Assembly: GCA_035650735.1 (NCBI GenBank)
Contig: DASRGZ010000056.1
Location: 62,001 to 106,056 of the forward strand
Source of the DNA: Chthonomonadaceae bacterium
GTDB taxonomy: Bacteria > Armatimonadota > Chthonomonadetes > Chthonomonadales > Chthonomonadaceae
DNA length: 44,056 nucleotides
Direction of reading: 5' to 3'
The position numbers were made by a program, and so were the translations under genes. The notes under the pieces are model-generated. The model did no database searches and had not been told where the DNA came from. It was given only the letters and a program-made list of their open reading frames with translations. Positions 1 to 10,700 of this stretch are shown in pieces; positions within the stretch are counted from its first letter, which is position 1, and each line of letters opens with the position of its first letter.

Positions 1-3000
1 TCGCCCCAGGCCACCCGATAGGTCAGGTCGCCGGAATCCACCGACTGCCCGTTCTGGTCCGCCGCGTACTGGATATGGATGACGTTGCCCTCATCCTGCT
101 CCGTGAAGTAGATGCGGCCCCGCACCCAATCCACTTCATACGGCCCGATGGGGCGTCCAAGCTGCGCGTCCGGCTGGATGGTGAACTGTGGAATCACCGG
201 ATTGCCGTTGTTGTCCTTGCCCAGGTGGAACGGACGCGGCAGGCGCACCAGGAGCCGCATCGCCTTGTAGTAGATGGCGGAGGGCACGGTGCCGTTCGGG
301 TCGCTCTTGCGATAGAGCGTCCAGAAGCGATCCACCGGCGGATTGCCGACCGTCACCGGTGGCGCGCTCAGCTGCGTGCGCGGATTGAACCCGCGATCCA
401 GGATGGCGATTGGGTTCTGGTTGTCGCCGGGCGCGGTCGTCGCCGGACGCGGGCGGAAGGCCGGGTCGTTGAAGGCGAAATTGCCGTAGCCGCGCGTCCT
501 TATGATGTTTGTCTCGTCGCGGGTCGCGTTCAGCCGCATCACCTGCGGGATGTAGCTGGCGAGCACGATATCGTTGCGTCCCGGCGGCACGTTCGGGAAG
601 CTGACCGTGCCGGAGCGGCTATCCACGACGATCTGGCCGCCGAGCTTGGAGTTGTAGTAGACCAGGCCGGAAGCCTGATCGAACCGGCCAAGCTGGGGCC
701 GGTTATCGGGCCGCAGGTTCAGATCGATCCGCTGTGCCGGGTCGCCGTTCTTGAGCAGAGTCAGCACGACCGTGCCCTGTTGATAGTCCAGATACCAGGC
801 CGCATCGCGCGCTGCCCAGGTCGTAGTGGAACCCACGCGGGTCAATGTCTCTTCCTCTACCGCCGGCAACTGCATCACATACAGCCCACCGACCGGCAGA
901 TCCTCCGGGTGATTCGGGCGCGGCGGCGTCCGGTTGATGCCGTAGCGCGTCAGCAGCACCTCGACGGTCTGGCGGTTCTTGAGCACGCCCGTGTAGACGA
1001 TGTCAATGGCGTCTACCTGGATGAACTGGCCGCTGGTCGGATCGCGCACGACGACGCGGCGGTAGACCGGGTACGGGTCACTCTGCCACACCAGCGCGCC
1101 GGGCGTGGGCAGTTTAGTATCCTGGCTCCAGCCGGTAGGCGCAAAGGCGCTGTTGACATCGGCAGCGACGTTGACGTTATAGTAAAGGGTCGTCTGCGAC
1201 TGGTTGCCGGCGTGCCAGAAGAGATAGAGCATCTTCTGCGCCGAGGCGCCGTTGGCGGCATCCAGCTTGACCAATAGCGGCTTGGGACTCAGCTTGGTCA
1301 GCGCCGGATCGTTCAGGAACGATAGGATCGGGCCGGTCGGCGTCCCGGTAGCATCCAGAGCCGTCCAGAAGGTGCGCGAGTCCTGCTGCTCTCGCTGCTG
1401 GCTGCGCGCCTTATCTACATTGCCCTGGAAGAACAGGTACGCCTCTGGGTCTTGCGTGCCGTCGGAATGGACGGCGACGGCTACCTGCGGGCTGGCATAC
1501 CGGACCGTCTGCGGGATGGGATTTCCCGGCAGATAGGGAACGCCGTTATTCGTCGGGGCCGACGGGAATAGGTCCGCTAGGTTCGCGGGTTGGCCGTTGT
1601 TATAGCCCGGGAAGAGGGTCGTCGGCGACCACCACTGCGCCTGGTTGAGGGCTCCGGGCACGGCGAACCGGTAATCCAGGAAGGAGAAGCCGTTGCCGAC
1701 CGTGTTCACCAGGCCGGGCAGGCGGCTGAAGGCCAGGCTCCAGGGTGCCTCGGGCAGGATGGCCCCCGTATTCGGATCCCGGTTGGTCGCCCAGAAGAGA
1801 CTGATGTTGGGTGCGTTCGGGTCCGGATTCCGGTAGGCCGTCGGCAGCAGATCGGCGCTCAGCGGCAGCGTGCCGAGCGGGTCCACCTCACCCAGAGTAC
1901 CTTTGGTGACGCCGCCGGTCAGGCGGGCCTCCCGCACCCGCACCTTCAGCGTGAACGTCGGGTCGGCGTAGGCTTCCACCGGGAAGCCGGTGTTCGGGTC
2001 CACGTTGAGAATGGCGTCGTTATCGGCGCCCAGCGCGGCATTCGATTGCGTGCTGGAGAGCCATTCGCGCCACTGGATCGGCAGGTTGTCCTCATAGACA
2101 AAGATCGGGTTGGCGTAGGTGCCGACGGGCGTACCCAAGGGAACGGCGACGCCAACCTGCGGCTGCCGGAACTGGAACCCCGCAATCTCCTGGGTGTCAT
2201 GGGACTTATCGGGCACGGTGGCAACGGTGCCCTGGGCATCTCCGACACGGGCCTTATGTAAGGTCGGCCACGGCTGGGTGCCATCGGTCCAGCCTATATT
2301 GTTGAGAGGGCCGAAGAGCGGGCCGAAGGCGGCCTGGATGCCGGCTGCCGTGACCTCCGGGTTGGGCAACGGCCAGAGCGGACGCTCCGGGAAGTTATTG
2401 CCGGAGTTCCGGCTCAGATGGTCGAACGAGGACACGATGCCGAAGTTGCCTTCCGCGCCGGTGTTGCCGTTCGTGCCGTAGGGCATGGCGAAGAGGCCGC
2501 CGGTGAGCAAGTTATCCACCTGGTCGCTGACCAGCCGCGCCGACGAGGCGAAATTCGCAGGAGGGAGATAGGACAGCGATTGCGGGCCCACAGCCGCCCC
2601 CGGTATGCCGCGCAGCTTTGACAGGCGCAGATGCCAGAGGTTGACGTTGCCCTCGTTGATCACGGTGATGGGCCGGAAGAAGTTACCCAACTGATTATCG
2701 TCGTTCCAGGGCGAATTGCCGTTGGGATAGTCGCTGGAACCGGTCGGCGCGAAGGGTATACGCGGACTGCCATTGGCAAGGATGTCGCTGTAGCCGGTGC
2801 CGTGCGGCACTTTGCCCAGGTCCACCGTCTCTTCCGCCACGCGCAGCTTGATGTTGGGCGGGACGGTCAGGCCGACATCCACGGCGCGATACGCCTCCTG
2901 CACCGGAGATAGGCCGATCTCGCGGGCATCGTTGAAGGCAAGCTCCGGTCGGAAGCGGGCGATGCCCTGGCCGAGTTGGCCGTTGTTGGCCGGCTCCGCC

Positions 3001-6000
3001 AGCACGATCACTTCCGAGATATAGCCGGCTGCCGGGAAGGCCAGCGCCCCGCCCGTCACCGGCGTGCCCGACGTGACCTGCATCGGCCCCAGAATGGAGT
3101 CTCCGTTCTCTCCCCGGATCGCGCCGCTGATGTCCGTGTAGGCCGATCCGAAGTTGTATGTGTTCTGGTTCTGCGGGTCTACCCATTTGATGGCGCCGCG
3201 GTTGACGTTGGCCGGCTGGAAGCGCGGCACGCTCACGCTCATATCCACCGGCGTCGGCTGCGGCGTGCGCAGCGTCGGGTCGCCGCTGGTGTCCTGTATA
3301 GGCGGCTTCAGCGCCACGCTCGACTGCTGCAAGTCCTGGTTATTGATCTTGATGCTGAGCGCATCGGGCGGCATTCCAGGATAGTCGGGCGTGGTCTGGC
3401 CGTTGTCGGGCATCTGATCCCAGGGCAGCGGATTCATAACCGAGGACGGCCCGCCGTACCAGGTGAACCCGTTGGTCAGCACGCGCACGGTCAGCGCCTT
3501 GCCCGTCTTGGCGGCCAGGTTACTGCGATCCATGACGAAGAAGGCAGGCACCTTATTGCCATTGTTATCTATCCCCATGTAGCTGCCTGAACTGCCATCG
3601 GGGATCATGCCGACGGGCGCGAAGAGGGCCTTGATCGCCTGAGCCGCGCCGGTGCTTGCGTTGGTAATGCGGTTGCCGTTGCCCAGCAGTTCACTGGTAT
3701 CGTTGATCTGGGTCACGTCCGGCGCCCAGCCGATGACGTTGGGCTGGCCGGTCATATTGGTGCCGCTGTAGTTACGTATCGTCAGCGCCAGCGGATGGGC
3801 GATGAAGACGCGCCGCTGCTGGCCGCGGAACTGGTTGGGCGTGAGCGGAGTCTGCGAGCTGAGGCCCGCGTAGTCGCGCTGGCCGAGCCGTATGATGTTG
3901 GACTCACGCCGGATGGTGGCTCCTATCCCGTTAGCCTGCCCCTGGATGCCGCTCTGCGAGATGATCGCCCGCGCCGTAATCCGGTATCCGGTCGAGCCCG
4001 GCGCGTAGGGCGTATTGATGTCCGGTATGATCGGGATGCGCACTTTGGCGACCCAGGGATAGGTGCCGTTTGCCCTGCCGGTAAAGAGCTGCTGCTGGCC
4101 GGAGTTGGGGTCGAGCGCATAGATCGAGACATCCTGATCCACCGCCGTATCGTCGGGCATCGGGCCGATAGGCCCCGGCTGATCCACGGGCGGCACCGTC
4201 ACGCTGAACGTGCGGGAGGGATGGCCCGGCTGCGTGATGGTAAAGATCGCGGTGACGTTGGGCACCGAGGGCGGCGGGCCGCTATCGTTGGTGTTCTGCG
4301 CATGGTAGACGCCGTAGGCCGCGACATAGAGATCGGTGCCCCAATCCGTAGCGACGCCGTTGGCGCCGACATTGGAAGGCATCGGATCGGCTGTCCTGCT
4401 ATAGCGAGCGCCGTTGGCATCATAGGCGGGTGTTTCCCGGAGATTAAAGTTCGGGTCGCCAGGCACCAGCATGAAGCGATCCCAATCCCCCGGCTTGTAG
4501 AGGTCGAGGCCACGAATGTCAATGGTGACGAAGCCGACGCCGTTGGCGAGCTCCTCCGGCTCGCCCGGCCCCACCGTTTCCAGGCCGGGGCCGTAAGCGC
4601 GGAACTGCCCGCCCTCATCGCCTTCGACAATGGTGCCGTTAGCGAGAATGGGCGGCGCGGGCCGCGAGGCGGCCGTCTCGTTGTGCTCCCAGAGGACTTC
4701 CAGGAAGTTCGCTGGTGAAACCCCATCCGGCGAGATCGGGTCGGCGTTGATCGCCCAGATCGCCCCGTCGTCATCGCCGAAGACGACCGCCGGATGGCTC
4801 GTCGGGTCCAATCCGCTCTGCCCGGTCAGCACGGCCAGCGTCGGCGTGGATCGGGTGCTGCCGGCCGTCAGCGTGCCGCCGGAGGCCACCAGGGTTGTCT
4901 TGGTGCCGCCGCTGCCCGCCGCATTGAGGGCCAGCACGGTGCCGTCGCCCTGCAGCACGTAGCACAGGTCGGGCAGCGTGCCGTCGGGCCGGATGGTCGT
5001 GCCATCTACCAGGATGGGCGCGGTGCCGTTGAAGCCCGGATCGAGCGCTATGGTGGTATCGTTCGGGTCGCCCGAATTGGGATTGGGCGGGTTGGGCGAC
5101 GGGAAGGGCACGTTATCGGTGAAGGGATAGACCCAGGACAGGGTATTGGTCACCGGAAGGGTGCCGCCGGGCGGCGTCTCGTTGACGGCATAGACACGGC
5201 CGCCGCTGGTAAAGTAGACGCGCCCCTTGTAGATGGCCGCCGTGCTGGGCGATTGGCCCAGGCTGATGCCCGGACCGGGATACTGCCAGTTCAGGCGCTC
5301 GTCGAAGACGGGACGGCCGTTGACGATGGCCCGGAAACGGTCATGGGCGGGATTGACGGCGTAGAGGTGCCCGTCCACTGACCCGATGATGATCGGGCTG
5401 CTGGCCCCGTTGAAGTTGGGGTTCTGGGCCGGCGAGGCCGCGAAGGCGCCTTTGGCCTGGACATCGGGCGGAACAGAAGCGGTCGGATTATTCAGGTAGC
5501 GCCAGGCGTCCGCGCCCAACTGCGGCCAGGTCCAGATGCGCTGGGTCGTGCCGGAGACGTTCTTAGTCGGGTCGGGATCGAAGTCGCCGCGCCCGCCAGC
5601 GTCGAAGGCGTAGACGCGCCCGTTCAGACAGCCGACGACCACAAGCTGCGCGCCGTTAGGATTGTTGGGGTCATTGACGACCGTGGGCGCGGACTGGACG
5701 CCGGCGAAAGCCGGTATCTGCGTATCGCTGCGCACGACAAGCTGGCCCGCCGTCGGGCTTTGAACCAGGTCCCCGTCAAAGTGGATGACATCGTTGAGGG
5801 GCACGGTATCCTGCCCGAAGGTCGGCTGTGGGTAGGTTCCCCGTACAAAACCGGTATAGTTCGGGTCGTGGTACTGGGCCGGGACGTTCTGAGGATCGCG
5901 TACCACCAGCGGGCGAATGGACGGGTAGGCCCAGTAGGCGGTGGTCACCTTGTTGTTCGGGTCGCCGTTGGGATCGAGGGCGTAGAGATGGCCGAGCGAG

Positions 6001-7481
6001 CCGGCGGCGTTGGTGGTCGCAAAGTAGAGAATGGGACGCACCACTCCGTCACGGCAGCGCACGTTGGCCAGAAGCGGCGAGGCGCTGCTGGTGCCGGTGC
6101 CATCGGAGGCGCCTACATAGCGCCAGCGTACTCGATCCGTGGACGAAATTACGTTGCCGTTGGCGTCCGCGCCGGGGCGGTTGTCCAGGCAATAGAAGAC
6201 CGGCGCGGTGGTCTGCGCGGTTGGGTCGGGCGCGGAGTCGTCCGGTCCCTGCGTCGGATCGGCGGCGGAGCGCAGCGTCGTGTCGGGAACGCCCTCCTCA
6301 CGGGCGAAGAAGAAGAAGGGCTGTCCGCCGAGCTTGGTGCCGACGGCAGGACCGAGGATGCGCCCGCCGCTGAAGCCGGTGACGCCGTTCGTGACGCCGT
6401 TCAGGGCAAACTGCGGGACAAAGCGCACGGCATCGGCGGTGATGATCGGCGGGTTCTGATAGACCGTGTTATTGGCGTCGGGCGTGACCGTATAGAGCGT
6501 GACGGTCAGCGGATGGGCGGGATTGCCGTCGTAGGGGAAGACCGCTGGGCCGAGACCGCCGTTCTCGCCTGCGATATGAATCCAGCCCTGCTGGCTCAAG
6601 TCCACCATGAAGATGCGGCTGGTGGTCGGATCGTTGATGCCGGCGAAATTCAGGTTGCCGTTGCCATCGGTCGTGTTGCCCCAGCTAACGCGCACGAAGG
6701 CGTGGATGGCGTTGGGATGCACTAAGCCATCCGTGCCGGTAGTTCCGTCGCCAGGGGAGAAAATATCCACGCTGTAGTAGCCGGGCGAGATCGCTCCCTG
6801 CTGGTTGCCGTTATTGGGGAAGCGCAGGGTGCCGGAAGTCCACACGGCGCTCGGCTGTCCGCCGTTCACGCCCTGGATCAGCGTATTGTGAACCGCCCGA
6901 TAGACATTGGCAGGCGCGTTCGGCAGCCTGTTCAGCTCGTCTATGGTGGCCTTGCTGGTGGTGCCATTGCCGCGCGCTACCAGGAAGTCCTGCTGCGCCG
7001 CCAGGACATAGCCGTAATCGAAGGAGGTCGGGTCGTTGGGATCGGTAGAGAAGGAGAAGCCACGGCCCGGCGCGCGGTTGGCCGGGGCCGGAATGGTCCA
7101 GGAGCCAAAGTTGGGCAGAAAGGCGGCGATGGCGTCCGGAGGCTGCGGCGTGCCGGTCTGAGCCGGGCGATTCGGGTTCGGGTTATCCACCACGGACGTC
7201 AGCGGAATTTCGATGGTGCGCGGGAAGACCCACTTCCGATTGCCCGCGCCGACATTGTTGCCGGCATCGGTGAAGCCGTTGTAGCCGAGGCGTATCGGGA
7301 GCGGATTCGAGTTGTTCGGCCCGAAGCCCGGCACGGTGCCGCCGCGATCCAGAAGCCAGTCAAGGCTATCAAAAGGCAGGGGCGCCTGTGCCTGTACCTG
7401 CCCAGCAAGAACCGCCAGGAGCAGCGCCGCCAGGGCGCACCATCCCATCTTCATTGTTAAGAGCGCACTCCGGTGCCTCAT
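1..7481 (-). CDS. Giant Sec-secreted protein (>2493 aa, 3' end beyond window) with a Golvesin/Xly CBD-like domain and a PQQ-like beta-propeller; candidate PilY1-like pilus adhesin
   Basis: Translated by hand. ATG at 7481 follows AGAAGGA. Signal peptide MRHRSALLTMKMGWCALAALLLAVLAGQVQA. I found no stop codon down to base 1 (...DLTYRVAWG). Repeated blades VVVGCLNGRVYAFDA, IIIGSVDGHLYAVNP, VYFTSGGRVYAVNE, VVFGDDDGAIWAINA; ADAVRFV motif. Not in the supplied ORF track. Confidence 0.85.
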   Translation of the reverse strand, partial: MRHRSALLTMKMGWCALAALLLAVLAGQVQAQAPLPFDSLDWLLDRGGTVPGFGPNNSNPLPIRLGYNGFTDAGNNVGAGNRKWVFPRTIEIPLTSVVDNPNPNRPAQTGTPQPPDAIAAFLPNFGSWTIPAPANRAPGRGFSFSTDPNDPTSFDYGYVLAAQQDFLVARGNGTTSKATIDELNRLPNAPANVYRAVHNTLIQGVNGGQPSAVWTSGTLRFPNNGNQQGAISPGYYSVDIFSPGDGTTGTDGLVHPNAIHAFVRVSWGNTTDGNGNLNFAGINDPTTSRIFMVDLSQQGWIHIAGENGGLGPAVFPYDGNPAHPLTVTLYTVTPDANNTVYQNPPIITADAVRFVPQFALNGVTNGVTGFSGGRILGPAVGTKLGGQPFFFFAREEGVPDTTLRSAADPTQGPDDSAPDPTAQTTAPVFYCLDNRPGADANGNVISSTDRVRWRYVGASDGTGTSSASPLLANVRCRDGVVRPILYFATTNAAGSLGHLYALDPNGDPNNKVTTAYWAYPSIRPLVVRDPQNVPAQYHDPNYTGFVRGTYPQPTFGQDTVPLNDVIHFDGDLVQSPTAGQLVVRSDTQIPAFAGVQSAPTVVNDPNNPNGAQLVVVGCLNGRVYAFDAGGRGDFDPDPTKNVSGTTQRIWTWPQLGADAWRYLNNPTASVPPDVQAKGAFAASPAQNPNFNGASSPIIIGSVDGHLYAVNPAHDRFRAIVNGRPVFDERLNWQYPGPGISLGQSPSTAAIYKGRVYFTSGGRVYAVNETPPGGTLPVTNTLSWVYPFTDNVPFPSPNPPNPNSGDPNDTTIALDPGFNGTAPILVDGTTIRPDGTLPDLCYVLQGDGTVLALNAAGSGGTKTTLVASGGTLTAGSTRSTPTLAVLTGQSGLDPTSHPAVVFGDDDGAIWAINADPISPDGVSPANFLEVLWEHNETAASRPAPPILANGTIVEGDEGGQFRAYGPGLETVGPGEPEELANGVGFVTIDIRGLDLYKPGDWDRFMLVPGDPNFNLRETPAYDANGARYSRTADPMPSNVGANGVATDWGTDLYVAAYGVYHAQNTNDSGPPPSVPNVTAIFTITQPGHPSRTFSVTVPPVDQPGPIGPMPDDTAVDQDVSIYALDPNSGQQQLFTGRANGTYPWVAKVRIPIIPDINTPYAPGSTGYRITARAIISQSGIQGQANGIGATIRRESNIIRLGQRDYAGLSSQTPLTPNQFRGQQRRVFIAHPLALTIRNYSGTNMTGQPNVIGWAPDVTQINDTSELLGNGNRITNASTGAAQAIKALFAPVGMIPDGSSGSYMGIDNNGNKVPAFFVMDRSNLAAKTGKALTVRVLTNGFTWYGGPSSVMNPLPWDQMPDNGQTTPDYPGMPPDALSIKINNQDLQQSSVALKPPIQDTSGDPTLRTPQPTPVDMSVSVPRFQPANVNRGAIKWVDPQNQNTYNFGSAYTDISGAIRGENGDSILGPMQVTSGTPVTGGALAFPAAGYISEVIVLAEPANNGQLGQGIARFRPELAFNDAREIGLSPVQEAYRAVDVGLTVPPNIKLRVAEETVDLGKVPHGTGYSDILANGSPRIPFAPTGSSDYPNGNSPWNDDNQLGNFFRPITVINEGNVNLWHLRLSKLRGIPGAAVGPQSLSYLPPANFASSARLVSDQVDNLLTGGLFAMPYGTNGNTGAEGNFGIVSSFDHLSRNSGNNFPERPLWPLPNPEVTAAGIQAAFGPLFGPLNNIGWTDGTQPWPTLHKARVGDAQGTVATVPDKSHDTQEIAGFQFRQPQVGVAVPLGTPVGTYANPIFVYEDNLPIQWREWLSSTQSNAALGADNDAILNVDPNTGFPVEAYADPTFTLKVRVREARLTGGVTKGTLGEVDPLGTLPLSADLLPTAYRNPDPNAPNISLFWATNRDPNTGAILPEAPWSLAFSRLPGLVNTVGNGFSFLDYRFAVPGALNQAQWWSPTTLFPGYNNGQPANLADLFPSAPTNNGVPYLPGNPIPQTVRYASPQVAVAVHSDGTQDPEAYLFFQGNVDKARSQQREQQDSRTFWTALDATGTPTGPILSFLNDPALTKLSPKPLLVKLDAANGASAQKMLYLFWHAGNQSQTTLYYNVNVAADVNSAFAPTGWSQDTKLPTPGALVWQSDPYPVYRRVVVRDPTSGQFIQVDAIDIVYTGVLKNRQTVEVLLTRYGINRTPPRPNHPEDLPVGGLYVMQLPAVEEETLTRVGSTTTWAARDAAWYLDYQQGTVVLTLLKNGDPAQRIDLNLRPDNRPQLGRFDQASGLVYYNSKLGGQIVVDSRSGTVSFPNVPPGRNDIVLASYIPQVMRLNATRDETNIIRTRGYGNFAFNDPAFRPRPATTAPGDNQNPIAILDRGFNPRTQLSAPPVTVGNPPVDRFWTLYRKSDPNGTVPSAIYYKAMRLLVRLPRPFHLGKDNNGNPVIPQFTIQPDAQLGRPIGPYEVDWVRGRIYFTEQDEGNVIHIQYAADQNGQSVDSGDLTYRVAWG

Positions 7482-7579
7482 ACAAGATATCCTTCTATCT
7501 AGGAACACTGCCATTGTGTGTTGCGTGCGCAGATTCTCAACCCTGACCTCACCCCTATTTCTGGGGTTATGAGCTACCT

Positions 7580-7778
7580 AGAGTGTGTACGGAACCCCGG
7601 CAGTTGCCCGGCCCTAAAGGACCGGGCTGTGGGCGGCAAGCCCCCGGAAGGGGGCTAACCTTCCCTCTGGTAGCCTCGGAAGGGGGCTAACCGACCTCTC
7701 GTAGCCCCATTGATGGGGCTTGCCGTCCGCAGCCCACTCGTTTACGGGTGGGCTGCCAGAAGCTATCGTATACACTCT
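7580..7778. mobile_element. MITE-like element with 12-bp terminal inverted repeats and internal REP-like hairpins
   Basis: AGAGTGTGTACG (7580-7591) vs CGTATACACTCT (7767-7778), 1 mismatch. Internal palindromes GCCCGG..CCGGGC, GGCAAGCCCC..GGGGCTTGCC, AGCCCAC..GTGGGCT; direct repeat CGGAAGGGGGCTAACC twice. No ORF. Confidence 0.55.
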
Positions 7779-10700
7779 CAGAACGGTCGTTCGCTAAATG
7801 TCGGCTGCTCAAAGAGATAGGTGGAAGTGGCATTGGCCGTCGAGCCGATGCTGCGCCGGATCGGGCCGGGCACCGGCGGTATCACCTCGTTGGGAGCTAT
7901 CCAGACTATCGAGCTGCCTGCGTTATGCACTATCCAGTCGTTGCCATTGGGCGCATAGAGCCGCAGCCCCGGATTCTGATAGCTCCTATTGTTCGCATAG
8001 TAGTCTATGCCCCGAACTTCCACGACTTCACCGTGAATCTCTCCGCTGGGAATGCCGGGCTGGTTCAGGAACATCGCGCTAATGCTATCCTGACCCGTAT
8101 AGCGATTGGTGATCAGGTAGTGCGGGTAGAACTTGTTGGTGCCCGCATGGTAATCCGACTGCGGCAGACGTTGCAGGCTGGCGGCGCGCAATGGGCGCCC
8201 GGTCAGGCAGAGGTAGTCCGTGCTGGAGAGATTCCAGATCACTTCCGCCACTGTCTCTCCATTCGCGGCAACATTGGGCCGCAGCTCATAGACGCCATTG
8301 TTATCCGCCAGCAGGTAATGCGGCTTCGGGACGTTCGGATCAATATCAGGGTCGATCACCTCGAACTCTTTGAACCACGTCGGATTGTTGATCCGCTGCC
8401 GATGGATTATATTCTTGCCGTTATCCAGCCAGGCCAGGCTGTTAATGACAGTAGATACATTGCCGTCGGTCGGGCCGAAGCGGTCAATGACCACCAGCGA
8501 GCCGCCCGGCCCTTCCACGTTATTGCCTTCCACGCCGACCTGCGCGGGCACGCCGATTCCAGACAGGCTCACGTTGTCCACAGCCGAAATCAGGAACGTC
8601 TGATTGCTGGTTGGGTCAAAGAACTGCTGTATGGTTCGATAGCGGAAGCGCGCATTTTGTTCCGCAAGGGAGCGGGTAACAAAGATGACCTGGTTCTGCA
8701 TCTCCACCTGCGTGCCGTCCGTGCCTGTCATCACAATGGGACGGCCATCCGGCCCGTAGACCGAGGCGACCTCCAGGGCGCGGTAGTTGCCGCTATCTGC
8801 AATGACGTAATGAAGGGCGTAGTACGGCCCGGTATAGTTATACGTAACGCCGGTATCTCGGTTCGCGATGGAGATCGGAGCGTTCGTCGCGTTGGACGAC
8901 TGCACGTATGTGCTCACATCGGTCGGGTGATTGAGCGTAACCGGATCGCCCGCCCGCAGGAAATGCATATCATCCCGCAGGCTGTGGATCTCCAGCGTGA
9001 CGTTGCCGCCCTTATCCACCTGCACGACGCGGTTGTTGCCCGTATCGGCGATCAGGAAATCGTTGAGCGTGGTCCGGTAGGCCACGTTGGGCCGAGTGAG
9101 CGGGACTTTCTGCGTCGTGATCTGGCCGGTATCCAGGCCGCTGTTGACCGGAGCGTTGCCGCCCTCATAGATGGGAAGCTGCCCGCCCGCGACGCCATAG
9201 CTGCGCGTCGCGCTCAGATCCCAGACCGCGTTGCCGCCATAGTCTATCTCCAGCAGGCGCGTGCTGTCGGCGATCACGGTCAGCCGGTTATCCAGCCCGG
9301 ACAGTCCGGCGGGCGTGCCCACGGCGACCAGATTGGCCGTGCCCACCGGCGGGTGGATGATCGGCTGCGACAACGGCGCTCCGATATTGCCCGTCACCTG
9401 GAGCATGGCGACCTGCGCATGCACGCGAATCGGCTGGGAGGGATCGTTATTCGGATAGAGCGTTGCCTGCCTGCCGCCCGTCTCATTGGGAATATCCACC
9501 GAGACCACGCGGCCATCCACGGTGCCGAAGTAGAGCGAATTGCCAATGATGGACGGTCCACTGGCCGGCGAGATCGCCTGCAGCAAGAGATCCTGGTTCG
9601 GAATGTTTGGCGGGATCACCATGTACCACAGCAGATTATCCAGCGGCCCAAAGCCGGTGGCCTGGTTGGTGACGGGGGTATCCGGAACCTGCTCCCCGGC
9701 AGCCTCGCCGCCCACCACCACGTAGATCGGCAGCGCCATGTTAAACGAGTCGCCGCTGGGCATCTGCCGGAAGTTATGGATCGTGATCATGCCGCTCTGG
9801 CGATCCACGGTGAAGTTGACGTTCTCCAGCAGCGTGATATAGCGCGGGCTGATGGCCGTAGACGAGGACATGTCTATCTGCTTGAGCGTCACCGACTGGC
9901 CCGGCGGGATATTCTGCAGGCCGGAGGAGAAGGTGGTGCTCGGGTTGGCCCGCAGCGCGGCGATTACCGTCACCGGAGTGGTCTGTATCGGAGTGGTCTG
10001 TATATAGGAGGTTGCGACAACATAGGCGACCCCGTTGGCCACCGCCGGGCTGCCCTTGATCTGAAAGCCGGGCTTCCCTATGACTCCGGTAATAGGCCCC
10101 AGCACTACATTCGGAGCGTTCCCCAGCGTATCCGTGTTCACCAGGCGAGGCGGGAGCGTGGTCGCGCCGAAAGCAAAACCGCTGCTGTCCGGCGGGGACC
10201 ACATCCAGGCGACCTCTGAACCAAGCTGGTTGGGCTCGTTGGGATTGTTGGTCGTGCCCAGCGTAAACTGCTCCCGGAAGCCGTAGAGGCGATCCGGAAG
10301 CCCATTGCCGGTGCTGTCGAGCTGGTTCTTGGTGCCGAAGATCAGCAGATCATCGCGCGTGAGCGCCGGTGCGCCGCTGATCATGGCCGCCGGGGCGTTC
10401 GGGTTGACGTCGAACACGGTGAAGCGCCCGCGCTGCACTGAGAACTGTCCCAGGTCCTGCGTGGTCGGCGTCGTGTTGTTGGTCCCAACCGGCGCGCCGG
10501 GCCAGTCCACCGTATAGTCGGCAACCACCGTCTGATGCTGTGGATCCTGAAGTTGCTGGTTGAGATTCACAATTAGGCCGCCGTTAATCTGTCCCGGCCC
10601 GGTGGTGGAGGTATATTCCACTGTAAAACCGTTATCCTGGTAGCGGAGTTGCTGAATATTAGTGATGTTGCCGCTATCATCTTTGGTGATTATATGCAGT

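Noticed and set aside
9974..10003. 15-bp in-frame tandem duplication (IQTTPIQTTP) in the 1649-aa gene
   Set aside because: Only two copies and the frame is preserved; a simple slippage event, not evidence of phase variation.
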